Shown here: piece by piece, positions 63,525 to 64,000 of the stretch
How the letters are laid out: each line of letters starts with the position of its first letter
Numbering within the stretch: the first letter of the stretch is position 1
Assembly: GCA_038087875.1 (NCBI GenBank)
Contig: CM075988.1
Location: 27,158,001-27,222,000 of the forward strand
Reading direction: 5' to 3'
DNA length: 64,000 nt
Origin: Malacoraja senta
Taxonomy: Eukaryota
Program-made: the position numbers and the translations under genes
Notes under the pieces: model-generated
The model's database searches: none
Told to the model about the DNA's origin: nothing
Seen by the model: only the letters and a program-made list of their open reading frames with translations

Positions 63525-63872
63525 TGTAGAAACAAGGAACTGTACTTGCTGTTTTACCAAAAAAGGCACAAAATACTGGAGTGACTCAATGGGTCAGGCA
63601 GGATCCATGGAGAACATGGATATGTGACATGGATAGGTGGCCCTTCTTCAGAAAAAGGTTCCAAACCCAAAACATCACCTATCCATGTTCTCAAGAGATG
63701 CTGCCTGACCCACTGAGTTACTCCAGCACTCTGTGAAACGTCACCTATCCATGTTCTCCTCAGATGCTGCCTGACCCGCTGAGTTACTCCAGCACTCTGT
63801 GAAACGTCACCTATCCATGTTCTCCACAGATGCTGCCTAACCCGCTGAGTTACTCCAGCACTTTGCGTCTTC
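63525..63872. mobile_element. Penelope pLTR fold-back with a 66-bp tandem triplication, inside a minus-strand Rex1-like fragment
   Basis: Inverted pLTR at 63525-63650; direct units start at 63669, 63735 and 63801 (gaaacgtcacctatccatgttctcc...gagttactccagcact). Confidence 0.8.
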
Positions 63873-64000
63873 TTTAGTTGTAGGGAAGTAACTGTTGCTG
63901 AACCTGTGATATGGGACTTGAAGCTTCTGTACCTCCTGCCCGATGGTAGCAGTGAGAAGAGGGCAGGGAAATGGTTGTCGTCAGTTGAGAGTGGTTCAAA

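Noticed and set aside
63669..63866. CRISPR-like direct repeats
   Set aside because: Contiguous tandem units with no unique spacers, no cas genes, and a eukaryotic context.

Overview
Vertebrate genomic DNA, most likely from a cartilaginous fish (skate/ray/shark). This is inferred from the repeat content: HE1-type V-SINEs, Deu-domain SINEs, abundant CR1 LINEs with (TTTCTATG)n tails, Rex1/Babar LINEs and Penelope-like elements. The only host coding sequence I can support is the last coding exon of a D2-type dopamine receptor (drd2, 3042-3238, +), followed by a repeat-free putative 3' UTR. The remaining ~59 kb is intergenic and rich in transposable elements: CR1, Rex1, L2 and L1 fragments, a Gypsy integrase plus LTR remnant, a PIF/Harbinger MITE, hAT-like elements, a Tc1 end, a Helitron 3' end and Penelope remnants. 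I found no novel protein-coding system. The most interesting structures are: (i) Penelope-derived repeats carrying minimal hammerhead-ribozyme cores, with fold-back copies that repeatedly pivot at the ribozyme; (ii) two copies of a non-autonomous DNA transposon with 7-bp target-site duplications; (iii) a family of GC-rich non-coding elements with divergent bodies but a shared 3' module; (iv) an LTR-like insert flanked by a 15-bp duplication. Boundaries of degenerate repeats are approximate, and family names come from motif recognition, not database searches.
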